A stretch of 32,000 nt of DNA, taken from the NCBI RefSeq assembly GCF_003072485.1, contig NZ_CP025989.1, positions 270,001 to 302,000 on the forward strand. Direction: 5' to 3'. The position numbers were made by a program, and so were the translations under genes. Numbering within the stretch: position 1 is the first letter of the stretch; the number at the start of each line of letters is the position of its first letter. Source of the stretch: Candidatus Fokinia solitaria (lineage in GTDB: Bacteria > Pseudomonadota > Alphaproteobacteria > Rickettsiales > Midichloriaceae). Of this stretch, positions 12,046 to 20,636 are shown piece by piece. The notes beneath the pieces were generated by a model. It made no database searches, was not told the DNA's origin, and was given only the letters and a program-made list of their open reading frames with translations.

Positions 12046-13539
12046 ATGAGATCGTTACCATCTTTACCAGCAACAATACATATAATTGGAATTGCAGGCA
12101 TCGGTATGAGTGCGATAGCACAATTGTGCGTACGGCTTGGTTACGATGTACAGGGATCTGATTTAGACATATCGAAGTTTCCTACCGGTAAAATACAGCA
12201 TGTTAGTATGTGTAACGGTCACGAAGAGGCAAATTTGTATCGTTGGAAAAAAGTACCTACATGTGTGATAGTATCGAGCATTATAAAAGATGATAATCCA
12301 GAATTGCTTGAAGCGATCAGAAATAATATACCAGTGATCAAAAGAGCAGAAGCGCTTTCATGGCTTTTGCGTGATACATTCAATATTGCAATTAGTGGTA
12401 CAAGTGGTAAAACTACCACTACTTCCATAACTGGAGAATTGTTTTTGAAGCACAATATACCTTGTACTGTCATAAGCGGTGGAATAATGAAAGCTTATGG
12501 TACTAATTGCATTATTGGTGAATATCCATCAGTACGGTATCCAGTAGTTGTAGAAGCTGACGAATCGGATGGTACATTTACCGCAATCTCAAGAAATATA
12601 GCGATGTGCACTACGATTGTACCGGAGCATATGGAATTTTTTAAAAGCATAGAGGCGTTTGAGAAAGCTTATTGCGATTTTCTAAATAATGGAAAAGATG
12701 ATATATGTGCAGTGGTATGCGGGGATATTGATGAAAATACATGTAGTAATCGTGTCATTAACAACAGCAAGAATATTATATTATATGGCTTAGACGAAAG
12801 TAGAAACCATGTCTATGCGAGTAACTTAGTAGTAGGAGAGTATACCGTATTCGATATATATATAAAGAAAACGCTACATCATTCTTTGAAATCAGATATA
12901 GAAATAAAAGGCGTAAAACTCTCGCTATTAGGTAAGCATAATGTGAAGAATTTTTTATGTGCTGTTTGTGGATTGATGATGTATCAAATTAAAACTGTTG
13001 GTTCAATCGATATCGCATATGATGTAATACGTGATTGTTTTCAAGATTTTCGAGGAGTTGAATCGCGGATGGATGCGCTTGGAAAGCTTTTCGATCGCTA
13101 TGATAATGAGATCTACGTTTTTAGCGATTATGCGCATCACTATAAAGAAATAGAGTGTACGGCAAACAGTTTTATAGAGTACTGTCGTACATGCAGGCAA
13201 GATTGCAGTATAATTATTGTGATTGAGTTGCATAAATATTCGAGACTTACTGCTAATTTTGAACAATACCTTGATGTATTATCAGCTATGAAAGCAGATA
13301 AAGTGATATTAATGGAGATATATGAATGTTGGGAGAACGCGAAGGATTATCCAGTTACTTCCAGCAATGCACATGTAGCTAAAGTGGTAAATGAAAGAAG
13401 AGGAGAGGATTTTATAATAGTTCTGAAGAAAAACGAGTTGCTAAAAGACGTAATTCTAGAACAGGAGAAAGGTAAGAAGATGGTAATCTGCATGGGCGCA
13501 GGGAAGATGAGAAAGTGCGCAGAGGCGCTTATAAAGTAG
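12046..13539 (+). CDS. murC: UDP-N-acetylmuramate--L-alanine ligase
   Basis: IHIIGIAGIGMSAIAQLCVRLGYDVQGSDL, ISGTSGKTTTTSITGELF, VVEADESDGTF, GKHNVKNFLCA, FQDFRGVESRMDALG, SDYAHHYKEIE. Confidence 0.9.
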   Translation: MRSLPSLPATIHIIGIAGIGMSAIAQLCVRLGYDVQGSDLDISKFPTGKIQHVSMCNGHEEANLYRWKKVPTCVIVSSIIKDDNPELLEAIRNNIPVIKRAEALSWLLRDTFNIAISGTSGKTTTTSITGELFLKHNIPCTVISGGIMKAYGTNCIIGEYPSVRYPVVVEADESDGTFTAISRNIAMCTTIVPEHMEFFKSIEAFEKAYCDFLNNGKDDICAVVCGDIDENTCSNRVINNSKNIILYGLDESRNHVYASNLVVGEYTVFDIYIKKTLHHSLKSDIEIKGVKLSLLGKHNVKNFLCAVCGLMMYQIKTVGSIDIAYDVIRDCFQDFRGVESRMDALGKLFDRYDNEIYVFSDYAHHYKEIECTANSFIEYCRTCRQDCSIIIVIELHKYSRLTANFEQYLDVLSAMKADKVILMEIYECWENAKDYPVTSSNAHVAKVVNERRGEDFIIVLKKNELLKDVILEQEKGKKMVICMGAGKMRKCAEALIK

Positions 13540-13557
13540 TCTGCTTTAGAAGAATTG

Positions 13558-14058
13558 CTACTTCTCTGATTTTCTTTGTAATACTCGTACGAAATTTCCG
13601 AGAGGTGCGGACAATACTCGTACAAATTTGGAGTGTGGCGCAAGCATTACGCTAAGTAATTTTGCTCTCATACCGTTGATATCAGGCAATTTCGAGAGTG
13701 CAAGAACTTCTTCAGCGGAGTATGTTGTAGTGCCTAAGCATCCACCTACGACAGAGAGTACATTTTCGTTACTAGCAAAATCCACCACGAATTTTACTGC
13801 ATCAATATTATTCTGATTTGCGAATATACCTATTGTAGTGCCAGAAAGAAAGTTTACGCATTCTGAGTATTTTCCATCTCCTAATGCTATCTTTGCTAAA
13901 CTGTTTTTGAGAAATATGCAATCTGCGGACACTTTAGTGAGAGATCTGCGAAAATCCTTCATTTTTGGTACGGAAATCCCTTTATTCTTGAGAATTATAA
14001 GCATAGAATTTTGTGCTAAAGCAGAGGAAAGAGTCTCAACTCTTTCTATCTTCTTCAT
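13558..14058 (-). CDS. rplJ: 50S ribosomal protein L10 (uL10)
   Basis: MKKIERVETLSSALAQNSMLIILKNKGISVPKMKDFRRSL...FLKNSLAKIAL...SGTTIGIFA...LSKLPDINGMRAKLLSVMLAP. The start may alternatively be at 14088. Confidence 0.88.
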   Translation of the reverse strand: MKKIERVETLSSALAQNSMLIILKNKGISVPKMKDFRRSLTKVSADCIFLKNSLAKIALGDGKYSECVNFLSGTTIGIFANQNNIDAVKFVVDFASNENVLSVVGGCLGTTTYSAEEVLALSKLPDINGMRAKLLSVMLAPHSKFVRVLSAPLGNFVRVLQRKSEK

Positions 14059-14320
14059 TCTTTTTACACTCTTCACGGCGTTCAGCAAACTATATTAACG
14101 TATAAAAACTCATTCCATAGCGATTAACCATGCGGAATGCTTACAATTACTTTATACGCTACATTCTTATAGCTTTGTATGTCAAGATGAAATTGACGTT
14201 ATTTTACGTCTCTTTCCTCAAATTATGCCGTATATTGCCGTAAATTTACAGTAGACTTTTTGTGATAAAGCTACTATTCTACCGAAGGTATCTGCCTTAA
14301 TAGAGTAATAAGATTCAGCA

Positions 14321-17185
14321 ATGAAAGGCAATGTAGAGAAAACAGAACATAGCAGCGTCAATGTATCCATAGATTTGGAGATGCGGGAAGCGTACTTGAA
14401 TTACGCAATGAGTGTGATAGTGAGTCGTTCTCTTCCAGATGCAAGGGATGGACTGAAACCTGTTCACAGAAGGATACTGTATTCTATGGGAGAGCAAAAT
14501 AACAATTGGAATCGCCCGTATAGAAAATCTGCAAGAATAGTAGGTGAGGTATTAGGTAAATATCATCCACATGGTGATACCGCGATATACGATGCTTACG
14601 TTAGAATGGCACAGCCTTTTTCTTTGTATAAGACTCTCATAGATGGTCAAGGTAATTTTGGCTCTATAGATGGAGATAGTCCAGCACAGATGAGATATAC
14701 CGAAGGAAGATTGCAAAAAATTTCCAACTTATATCTGCTAGCTGATATTGATAAAGATACTGTCGCTTTTAAGGATAACTACGATAATTCAGAAAGAGAG
14801 CCTACAGTGTTGCCTGCGCGTTTTCCTAATCTTCTTGTGAATGGCGCAAGTGGTATTGCAGTTGGTATGGCTACAAATATACCGCCGCATAACGTGGTAG
14901 AAGTGCTTAATGCGTGCCTTGCATATATAGAAAATCCGGATATTACGATACAAGAGGTAGTATCAAAGTATATACCTGCGCCAGATTTTCCTACAGGGTG
15001 TAAAATTATAGATTATGACAAATGCTATAATGCAATGCTTACCGGTAGAGGTAGTATTACGATAAGAGGAAAGACTCATATAGAAGAAAACAATAATAGA
15101 GCGTCGATAGTTATTACTGAGATTCCGTATCAAACTAATAAAGCGGAGTTTGTGAAATCCATGGAAGCGCTTGCGCGTGATAAAGTTATAGATGGTATCG
15201 CAGAGATCAGAGATGAATCAAATAAATTAGGTATAAGAGTAGTAGTAGAGTTGCGCAGAGAAGCTGCAGCAGAGGTAGTTCTTAATCATTTGTATAAGCA
15301 TACAGTGCTAGAGACTTACTTCGCAATTAATATGCTAGCTCTCTATAATGGCAGACCTACTGTTTTGAATGTTTTGGATGTTGTAAAAATATTCGTAGAA
15401 TTTAGGCAAGAAGTTATAACTAGAAGAAGTAGATTTCTCTTAAATAAAGCCTCCTCTCAAGCACATGTGATATTTGGATTATTAATGTGCATCGATAACA
15501 TATCTCGCGTAATAGAGATTATAAGAGGCTCTAGAGATGTAGCTATTGCAAGAGAAAGACTATTGACTGAAAAGTGGTCATTCAATTATCTAGGTGATTT
15601 AGCTGCACTTACAAAAGTGTTGAATATACAAAGCTATGAAGACGGAGTTTATACTTTGAGTCAGCAGCAGTGTAAAGCTATCTTAGATATGAGATTACAA
15701 AGATTGACAGGGCTAGAAAAACAAAAGGTAGCAGAAGAATTTGAAGCGCTGCTTAGTGAAATTAAATTTCACCTTGAGATACTGAATTCTCGTACTGTTC
15801 TGATGGAAGAAATAAAAAATGAAATACTCGTAGTGAGAGATGATTTAAACGATTCGAGAAAAACAGAAGTCACTCAAATGCGTAGCAATATGAGCGAGGA
15901 TGATTTTTTCTCTAAAGAAGATGTAGTGATACTGCTGACAAAAAGCGGATATATGAAGCGTACTTCACTTCAGCACTATAAAGATCAACGGAGAGGTGGA
16001 AAGGGAAAATCTGGAGTGAGTACATATGAAGATGATTCATTAGCAGAAATTTTAGTTACTACTACGCATCATAATTTGTTGTTTTTCTCTAATGCGGGGA
16101 ACGTATACATGTTAAAGGTGTATAAAGTACCAGCAACGACGCTTCAGAGTACAGGAAGAGCTATAGTCAATTTTATACCATTACGTACTGATGAGAAGAT
16201 CACTAATGTCATATCAGTAGATAGAGAAGTGTTCTTACATGGTACTCAAGAAATGTACGTATGTTTTTGCACATCACGTGGTAGTATAAAAAGAAATAGT
16301 TTATTGGACTTTAAAAATATTCCTAGTGGTGGCAAGATAGCGATTAAATTGGATAAAGATGATTATTTAATAGGTGTTTCGTTATGTACTGCAAATCAGT
16401 ACGTTATGTTATCTACAAAAATGGGGAAATCTGTTTGTTTTCCTGTAGCGAATTTACGCGTTTTTAAAGGAAGAGCGTCTGAAGGAGTAAAAGGAGTGAG
16501 ATTGGTGCGAAAGGATGATAGTGTCATTTCTATGTGTATGTTACCTGGAATAGATATTGATTACTCGATAAAGTCTTCATATCTAAAAATACCAAGTGAC
16601 GTTCGGCTTCGGATGTCAGAAGAATTCGAGAATGGAAAAGATATAACTGAGTTGGCAAAGAGTGCGCTTGAGAAATACTGGAGTTACTCTGAATGTAGTG
16701 ATGTGGAAGCTGTAAGCGAACTAGACGTAAGTGAACAAGAGAGTGTTGCAGAAGATATTAGTGAGTTGAATGATGATATCGAACATGTACTCGAAAAAAG
16801 CGTAATTGCTAGGATAGATGGCGATATTACTGTAGATAAATTAATAGAATTAGTGGTACATGAGAAGTTTTTGTTAAGTATATCGAGTAATGGATATGGC
16901 AAACGTACCTCATCATACGAATATAGAGTGACTGGAAGAAATGTTGGAGGAGTAGTAAATATGGATGTTGGTCGTGCTCATGTCATTGGAGTTTTACCGA
17001 TTAAAGATACTGATAGCGTTATTTTAGCTTGTAATTCTGGTAAAGTGATTAGAGTATCTGCTGATTCTGTGCGTGTTACTGGAAGAAATACGAAAGGAGT
17101 ACGCGTAGTATCTTTAGAGAAGAATGATCATGTAGTGTCGGCATGCAGTATATCAAGCTCTATCTTGGAAGAATCAGTAGATTGA
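14321..17185 (+). CDS. gyrA: DNA gyrase subunit A
   Basis: [18 protein letters not shown]-type N-terminus ([24 protein letters not shown]), [46 protein letters not shown], GyrA box QRRGGKG. Confidence 0.98.
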   Translation: MKGNVEKTEHSSVNVSIDLEMREAYLNYAMSVIVSRSLPDARDGLKPVHRRILYSMGEQNNNWNRPYRKSARIVGEVLGKYHPHGDTAIYDAYVRMAQPFSLYKTLIDGQGNFGSIDGDSPAQMRYTEGRLQKISNLYLLADIDKDTVAFKDNYDNSEREPTVLPARFPNLLVNGASGIAVGMATNIPPHNVVEVLNACLAYIENPDITIQEVVSKYIPAPDFPTGCKIIDYDKCYNAMLTGRGSITIRGKTHIEENNNRASIVITEIPYQTNKAEFVKSMEALARDKVIDGIAEIRDESNKLGIRVVVELRREAAAEVVLNHLYKHTVLETYFAINMLALYNGRPTVLNVLDVVKIFVEFRQEVITRRSRFLLNKASSQAHVIFGLLMCIDNISRVIEIIRGSRDVAIARERLLTEKWSFNYLGDLAALTKVLNIQSYEDGVYTLSQQQCKAILDMRLQRLTGLEKQKVAEEFEALLSEIKFHLEILNSRTVLMEEIKNEILVVRDDLNDSRKTEVTQMRSNMSEDDFFSKEDVVILLTKSGYMKRTSLQHYKDQRRGGKGKSGVSTYEDDSLAEILVTTTHHNLLFFSNAGNVYMLKVYKVPATTLQSTGRAIVNFIPLRTDEKITNVISVDREVFLHGTQEMYVCFCTSRGSIKRNSLLDFKNIPSGGKIAIKLDKDDYLIGVSLCTANQYVMLSTKMGKSVCFPVANLRVFKGRASEGVKGVRLVRKDDSVISMCMLPGIDIDYSIKSSYLKIPSDVRLRMSEEFENGKDITELAKSALEKYWSYSECSDVEAVSELDVSEQESVAEDISELNDDIEHVLEKSVIARIDGDITVDKLIELVVHEKFLLSISSNGYGKRTSSYEYRVTGRNVGGVVNMDVGRAHVIGVLPIKDTDSVILACNSGKVIRVSADSVRVTGRNTKGVRVVSLEKNDHVVSACSISSSILEESVD

Positions 17186-17236
17186 ATTAAAGGATTTTTG
17201 AAATAATCAGTTAGAGAAGTATTATGATAGCTTCGA

Positions 17237-17425
17237 TTGAAAGAAATGAAGCGACTTTATTGTAAGACAGTAAGTGAAAAGATAAGCGAATTGACAGTTT
17301 CAGAGATGATTGCTTCAAGAGTGTATAAGATTGAATATCAAAAGAAGTGTTTATGTGAAGATACAGCTGTAAAAGCAATTCTTCATACCTTAAGAAAGCG
17401 ACTTTATGATTTAAAAATTAAATGA
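17237..17425 (+). CDS. Small hypothetical protein (62 aa; ATG alternative at 17246)
   Basis: Open frame MKEMKRLYCKTVSEKISELTVSEMIASRVYKIEYQKKCLCEDTAVKAILHTLRKRLYDLKIK downstream of gyrA on the same strand. The track start is TTG. No recognised family. Confidence 0.35.
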   Translation: MKEMKRLYCKTVSEKISELTVSEMIASRVYKIEYQKKCLCEDTAVKAILHTLRKRLYDLKIK

Positions 17426-17435
17426 TAGTAAAAGA

Positions 17436-17468
17436 TGAAAGTATCGATTTTATCCGAAGCTAAGTTAT
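17436..17468 (+). repeat. Direct repeat C, copy 1 (33 nt, second copy at 17783-17815)
   Basis: tgaaagtatcgatttta(tc)cgaagctaagttat; the two copies differ only at two adjacent bases (tc/ct). Confidence 0.85.
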
Positions 17469-17474
17469 CGATTG

Positions 17475-17502
17475 AAGCTGAGTTATAATTATATCTCGAA
17501 GC
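17475..17502 (+). repeat. Direct repeat A, copy 1 (28 nt)
   Basis: aagctgagttataattatatctcgaagc; identical 28-mer at 17749-17776 and a partial copy at 17829-17849. Confidence 0.9.
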
Positions 17503-17504
17503 TA

Positions 17505-17529
17505 AGATGTATGAAGAAAGGAGCGATGT
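17505..17529 (+). repeat. Direct repeat B, copy 1 (25 nt)
   Basis: agatgtatgaagaaaggagcgatgt; second copy 17859-17883 with one mismatch. Confidence 0.85.
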
Positions 17530-17543
17530 GTAACACAAAGACA
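17524..17543 (+). repeat. Direct repeat D, copy 1 (20 nt; copies 2 and 3 at 17561-17580 and 17600-17619)
   Basis: cgatgtgtaacacaaagaca / tgatacgtaatgcaaagaca / tgatgtgtaatgcaaagaca, start-to-start spacing 37 and 39 nt. Confidence 0.7.
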
Positions 17544-17748
17544 CGCTAAAAGAAAGAAGATGATACGTAATGCAAAGACATACTAGGAGAAAAGGACGGT
17601 GATGTGTAATGCAAAGACAAATTAAGATGATGTGAAGAATGAATATTATGGATATATAGCGACGATGTTGACGAATTCATTGTAAGACCTTATATATCGA
17701 GGCTGATGATGAAGGTGTCGATTCTATGCGAGACTGAGTTATAAATTA

Positions 17749-17776
17749 AAGCTGAGTTATAATTATATCTCGAAGC
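17749..17776 (+). repeat. Direct repeat A, copy 2 (28 nt, identical to copy 1)
   Basis: aagctgagttataattatatctcgaagc. Confidence 0.9.
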
Positions 17777-17782
17777 CGATGG

Positions 17783-17815
17783 TGAAAGTATCGATTTTAC
17801 TCGAAGCTAAGTTAT
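17783..17815 (+). repeat. Direct repeat C, copy 2 (33 nt)
   Basis: tgaaagtatcgattttactcgaagctaagttat. Confidence 0.85.
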
Positions 17816-17828
17816 AAATCGTAGTGGA

Positions 17829-17849
17829 ATTATAATTATATCTCGAAGC
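17829..17849 (+). repeat. Direct repeat A, partial copy 3
   Basis: attataattatatctcgaagc; the following ccgatgg is shared with the flank of copy 2. Confidence 0.75.
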
Positions 17850-17858
17850 CGATGGCGA

Positions 17859-17883
17859 AGATGTATGAAGAAAGGAGTGATGT
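17859..17883 (+). repeat. Direct repeat B, copy 2 (25 nt, one mismatch)
   Basis: agatgtatgaagaaaggagtgatgt. Confidence 0.85.
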
Positions 17884-18108
17884 TGACGAATTTATTATAT
17901 AGCAAATAGAGATAAGAACTCATTATCACTCTAAAAGAGCCATAACTTTGAGAAAAAAGAAGATCGGAAGCGGAAAGAAATCCAGAGCAAGCCGACATAG
18001 AAGAAGCTAAGTATGATCGAGAACTCCACTAAAACGAACTGAGAACTTCTAGAGTATGATATGCTTTACGATGTTTAGATGCTTCGCGGGAAAATCATCT
18101 ATAGAGAA

Positions 18109-18234
18109 CTAAGCCTGCTTCGCTTTAAAACGAGGATTCTTCTTATTAATTACGTAAATCACGCCACGACGCTTCACGATTCTACAATCTTTATCGCGTT
18201 TCTTAGCACTTTTCAAAGATGAGAAGATTTTCAT
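18109..18234 (-). CDS. rpmJ: 50S ribosomal protein L36 (bL36), 41 aa; absent from the supplied ORF track
   Basis: Minus strand translates to [41 protein letters not shown]-stop, matching the bL36 pattern MK...SLKS.KKRDK.C.iVkRRG.[15 protein letters not shown]. Confidence 0.96.
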   Translation of the reverse strand: MKIFSSLKSAKKRDKDCRIVKRRGVIYVINKKNPRFKAKQA

Positions 18235-18247
18235 ATCGCAAGAACAT

Positions 18248-18324
<77 letters not shown>

Positions 18325-18386
18325 CCTTTCAAATGTAATTCCACAAAATTACAACACGTATACTGTATATTGAATCATGCACTATG

Positions 18387-19121
18387 TCAATTAATTTCAT
18401 TTACCGTAGAGTACTCATTTGTATTTGCTTTAAAAAGAAACTTATTCGTAAGAGAAGTTGCGCCGTATAGCATTGGTACACTTAGCGCAACGAAAAACAG
18501 TTTAAAAGAATACGTACTAAGTATAAGAGGTAACAAATGTTCTTTTGGAAATATTTTCAGAAGTGACATTACCGACAGCATTATAGCAGTATCTATAAAG
18601 AGTGAAAACGCTGTACTACAGCTACTGCGTAGCCATAATAATTTCCCGTTTGTCAGTTTCTTAAAGTAAAGAAATATTCTCACATCGAGCATTTGAGAAG
18701 TATAGCACGCTATAAGAGATGCTATGAATACGGTATTATAGCATCCAAAGACCGTACTAAACGTCTCCGTACTCATTTTCGACCAAGAAGCTGCTGGCAT
18801 TTGCATGAAGAGTAGCATAATGCATGCGACTCCTCCTCCTATTATGATGCCGAGGCGTAAGCAGAACCTTGCGGCATCTCTGCCATAGAATTCACTGATT
18901 ATGTCACTAAGTAGAAAGGTGAAGGGATAAAGAATAGAGCCAGTTGGAATGGAGAAGGAAAGCAGCCCGAAGAGCATAAAGGTTACCTGCTTCTGATAGA
19001 GGAGGTTACTCAGAACGATTAGAACTGAGAACACCGCACACAATACAGTATATAACTTGTGTGATTGATATTTTTTCATTGCTTTGTGCTTCATAGTAAG
19101 AAAGCATTGCACAGTTGTCAA
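18387..19121 (-). CDS. VUT-family / queuosine precursor transporter-like membrane protein
   Basis: VLIVLSNLLYQKQV...GSILYPFTFLLSDIISEFYGRDAARFCLRLG, then DVRIFLYFKKLTNGKLLWLRSSCSTAFSLFIDTAIM; YhhQ-like topology and motifs. Alternative starts at 19094 and 19079. Confidence 0.85.
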   Translation of the reverse strand: MTTVQCFLTMKHKAMKKYQSHKLYTVLCAVFSVLIVLSNLLYQKQVTFMLFGLLSFSIPTGSILYPFTFLLSDIISEFYGRDAARFCLRLGIIIGGGVACIMLLFMQMPAASWSKMSTETFSTVFGCYNTVFIASLIACYTSQMLDVRIFLYFKKLTNGKLLWLRSSCSTAFSLFIDTAIMLSVMSLLKIFPKEHLLPLILSTYSFKLFFVALSVPMLYGATSLTNKFLFKANTNEYSTVNEIN

Positions 19122-19127
19122 GACAAT

Positions 19128-20636
19128 TTACGAGAATATTTTCTCTAATTTCGGATTAATACCTAGAGATACTGATATTATCACGATAGCAAGTAAAATA
19201 TAAAATTCTGCTTTAGAAGAATCTCGAAGTTCAGAACTTATTTTTACTTGCGACAATCCAAGAGAAAAAAATATCCTTGAATACATCATCAGCATATAAA
19301 TTGCTGAAAGAACTATATTTATCGATAGTAGAAAGCCGAATACTTTATCGAAATGATATACTCCGAATATTGTTGTAAATTCTCCTATAAATCCGGATGT
19401 AAGAGGTACTCCTATTGCACTTAACGTGAACACTGCAAAGGTACTTGCGAGCATTGGCATACGTTTTCCGAGTGTTTCCGGTATAAGATAAAGATTATAT
19501 GTATGAACGCGTGTATGGAGAATACCAAGTCCAGCAAATAAGCCGCATGATACTACGCCATGACTAAGCATCTGAAAAATAGCACCTTTAAATCCATAGC
19601 TATTCAAGGAGAAGAGTCCAGCTATGACGAAACTCATGTGAGTAATTGAGGAGTATGCTACTATCTTTTTTGCTTCGAATTGCACTAACGTGATCAAAGA
19701 CGCGTATATACCGCCAGCTATAACAATACTTACTAATATGGATTGCCATTCTTTGATAAAAGTTGGAAAGAAAGGAAGAAAGATCTTAATAAATCCAAAA
19801 CAGCCTATTTTCAATAAAAGAGCTGCAAGTATCATAGAGCATGATGTTGGCGCTTCTACGTGAGCTTTTGGTAACCATGTATGAAAAGGAGGAATAGGAG
19901 TTTTGACTGCAAATGGTATGAAAAATGAGAGTGCGAGGTAATTGATATTTTGCGAAGGTATGGTTACTGATATCAAATTTGCAAGAGTATTAATATCTAA
20001 AGTACTATAAGATATCATGATATATGTGATACCCCATAGCATTATGACAGATGAAGCAATGGTGTACATCAAAAATTTAAAAGTCGCGTATACACGTCCT
20101 TCATCTCCCCATTTTCCTATGATGATGAAAGTTGGCACTAATACAAGTTCAAACATAGTGTAGAATACTAGCAGATCTTGAGTTGTGAATAAGTTTATCA
20201 GCATTCCCTGTATTATTAAGAATAATGAAGATTGCTGAATAGCGGCTGCTTCATCGCGATTTCCACTAAAGAAAGTGAATAGTATTGTGATGGACGATAT
20301 TGATGTCGTAAGTAATACAAATACTGCAGATATATAATCTAATCTGACTGAATGATTTACAGCGATACTGCCGTTTGTACTAAAAAGATGCAGTCTGCAT
20401 AAAGTGTGTAATTCTGAAAATAAAAATTTTCCATCCTGAGCATTATAGATACACACAAACATTACTATCGAAGAAAGAAATGTAATGAATGAGCAAGAGA
20501 TAATTTGATATTTCAGAATATGATAAACTTTTTTTTCTTTCGTGATACTAATGACAAGAAATGAAAATACTGCACATAATATTGAAAGTAGTATCGAGAA
20601 GGATATCAGAGGAAACGATGTTATTGAAAGATGCAT
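19128..20636 (-). CDS. nuoM: NADH-quinone oxidoreductase subunit M
   Basis: VKTPIPPFHTWLPKAHVEAPTSCSMILAALLLKIG, KIVAYSSITHMSFV, SHGVVSCGLF, GVPLTSGFIGEF; 502 aa. Confidence 0.92.
   Translation of the reverse strand: MHLSITSFPLISFSILLSILCAVFSFLVISITKEKKVYHILKYQIISCSFITFLSSIVMFVCIYNAQDGKFLFSELHTLCRLHLFSTNGSIAVNHSVRLDYISAVFVLLTTSISSITILFTFFSGNRDEAAAIQQSSLFLIIQGMLINLFTTQDLLVFYTMFELVLVPTFIIIGKWGDEGRVYATFKFLMYTIASSVIMLWGITYIMISYSTLDINTLANLISVTIPSQNINYLALSFFIPFAVKTPIPPFHTWLPKAHVEAPTSCSMILAALLLKIGCFGFIKIFLPFFPTFIKEWQSILVSIVIAGGIYASLITLVQFEAKKIVAYSSITHMSFVIAGLFSLNSYGFKGAIFQMLSHGVVSCGLFAGLGILHTRVHTYNLYLIPETLGKRMPMLASTFAVFTLSAIGVPLTSGFIGEFTTIFGVYHFDKVFGFLLSINIVLSAIYMLMMYSRIFFSLGLSQVKISSELRDSSKAEFYILLAIVIISVSLGINPKLEKIFS

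Noticed and set aside
13838-14098. Plus-strand ORFs (13628-13816, 13838-14098) over rplJ
   Set aside because: Antisense to the clearly conserved L10 coding sequence.
17436-17892. Repeat island as a CRISPR array
   Set aside because: Repeat units differ from one another, are not regularly spaced, have at most three copies each, and there is no cas gene in the window.
17807-17998. 63-aa minus-strand ORF overlapping the repeat island
   Set aside because: It spans repeats and includes their antisense sequence; composition is not protein-like and there is no family resemblance.
17930-18100. Possible SRP RNA, RNase P RNA or tmRNA in the non-coding gap
   Set aside because: GATCGGAAGCGGAAAGAAATCCAGAGCAAGCC loosely recalls the SRP loop, but the diagnostic GGAAGCAGCC context and flanking helices are absent. 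No RNase P or tmRNA signatures were found on either strand.
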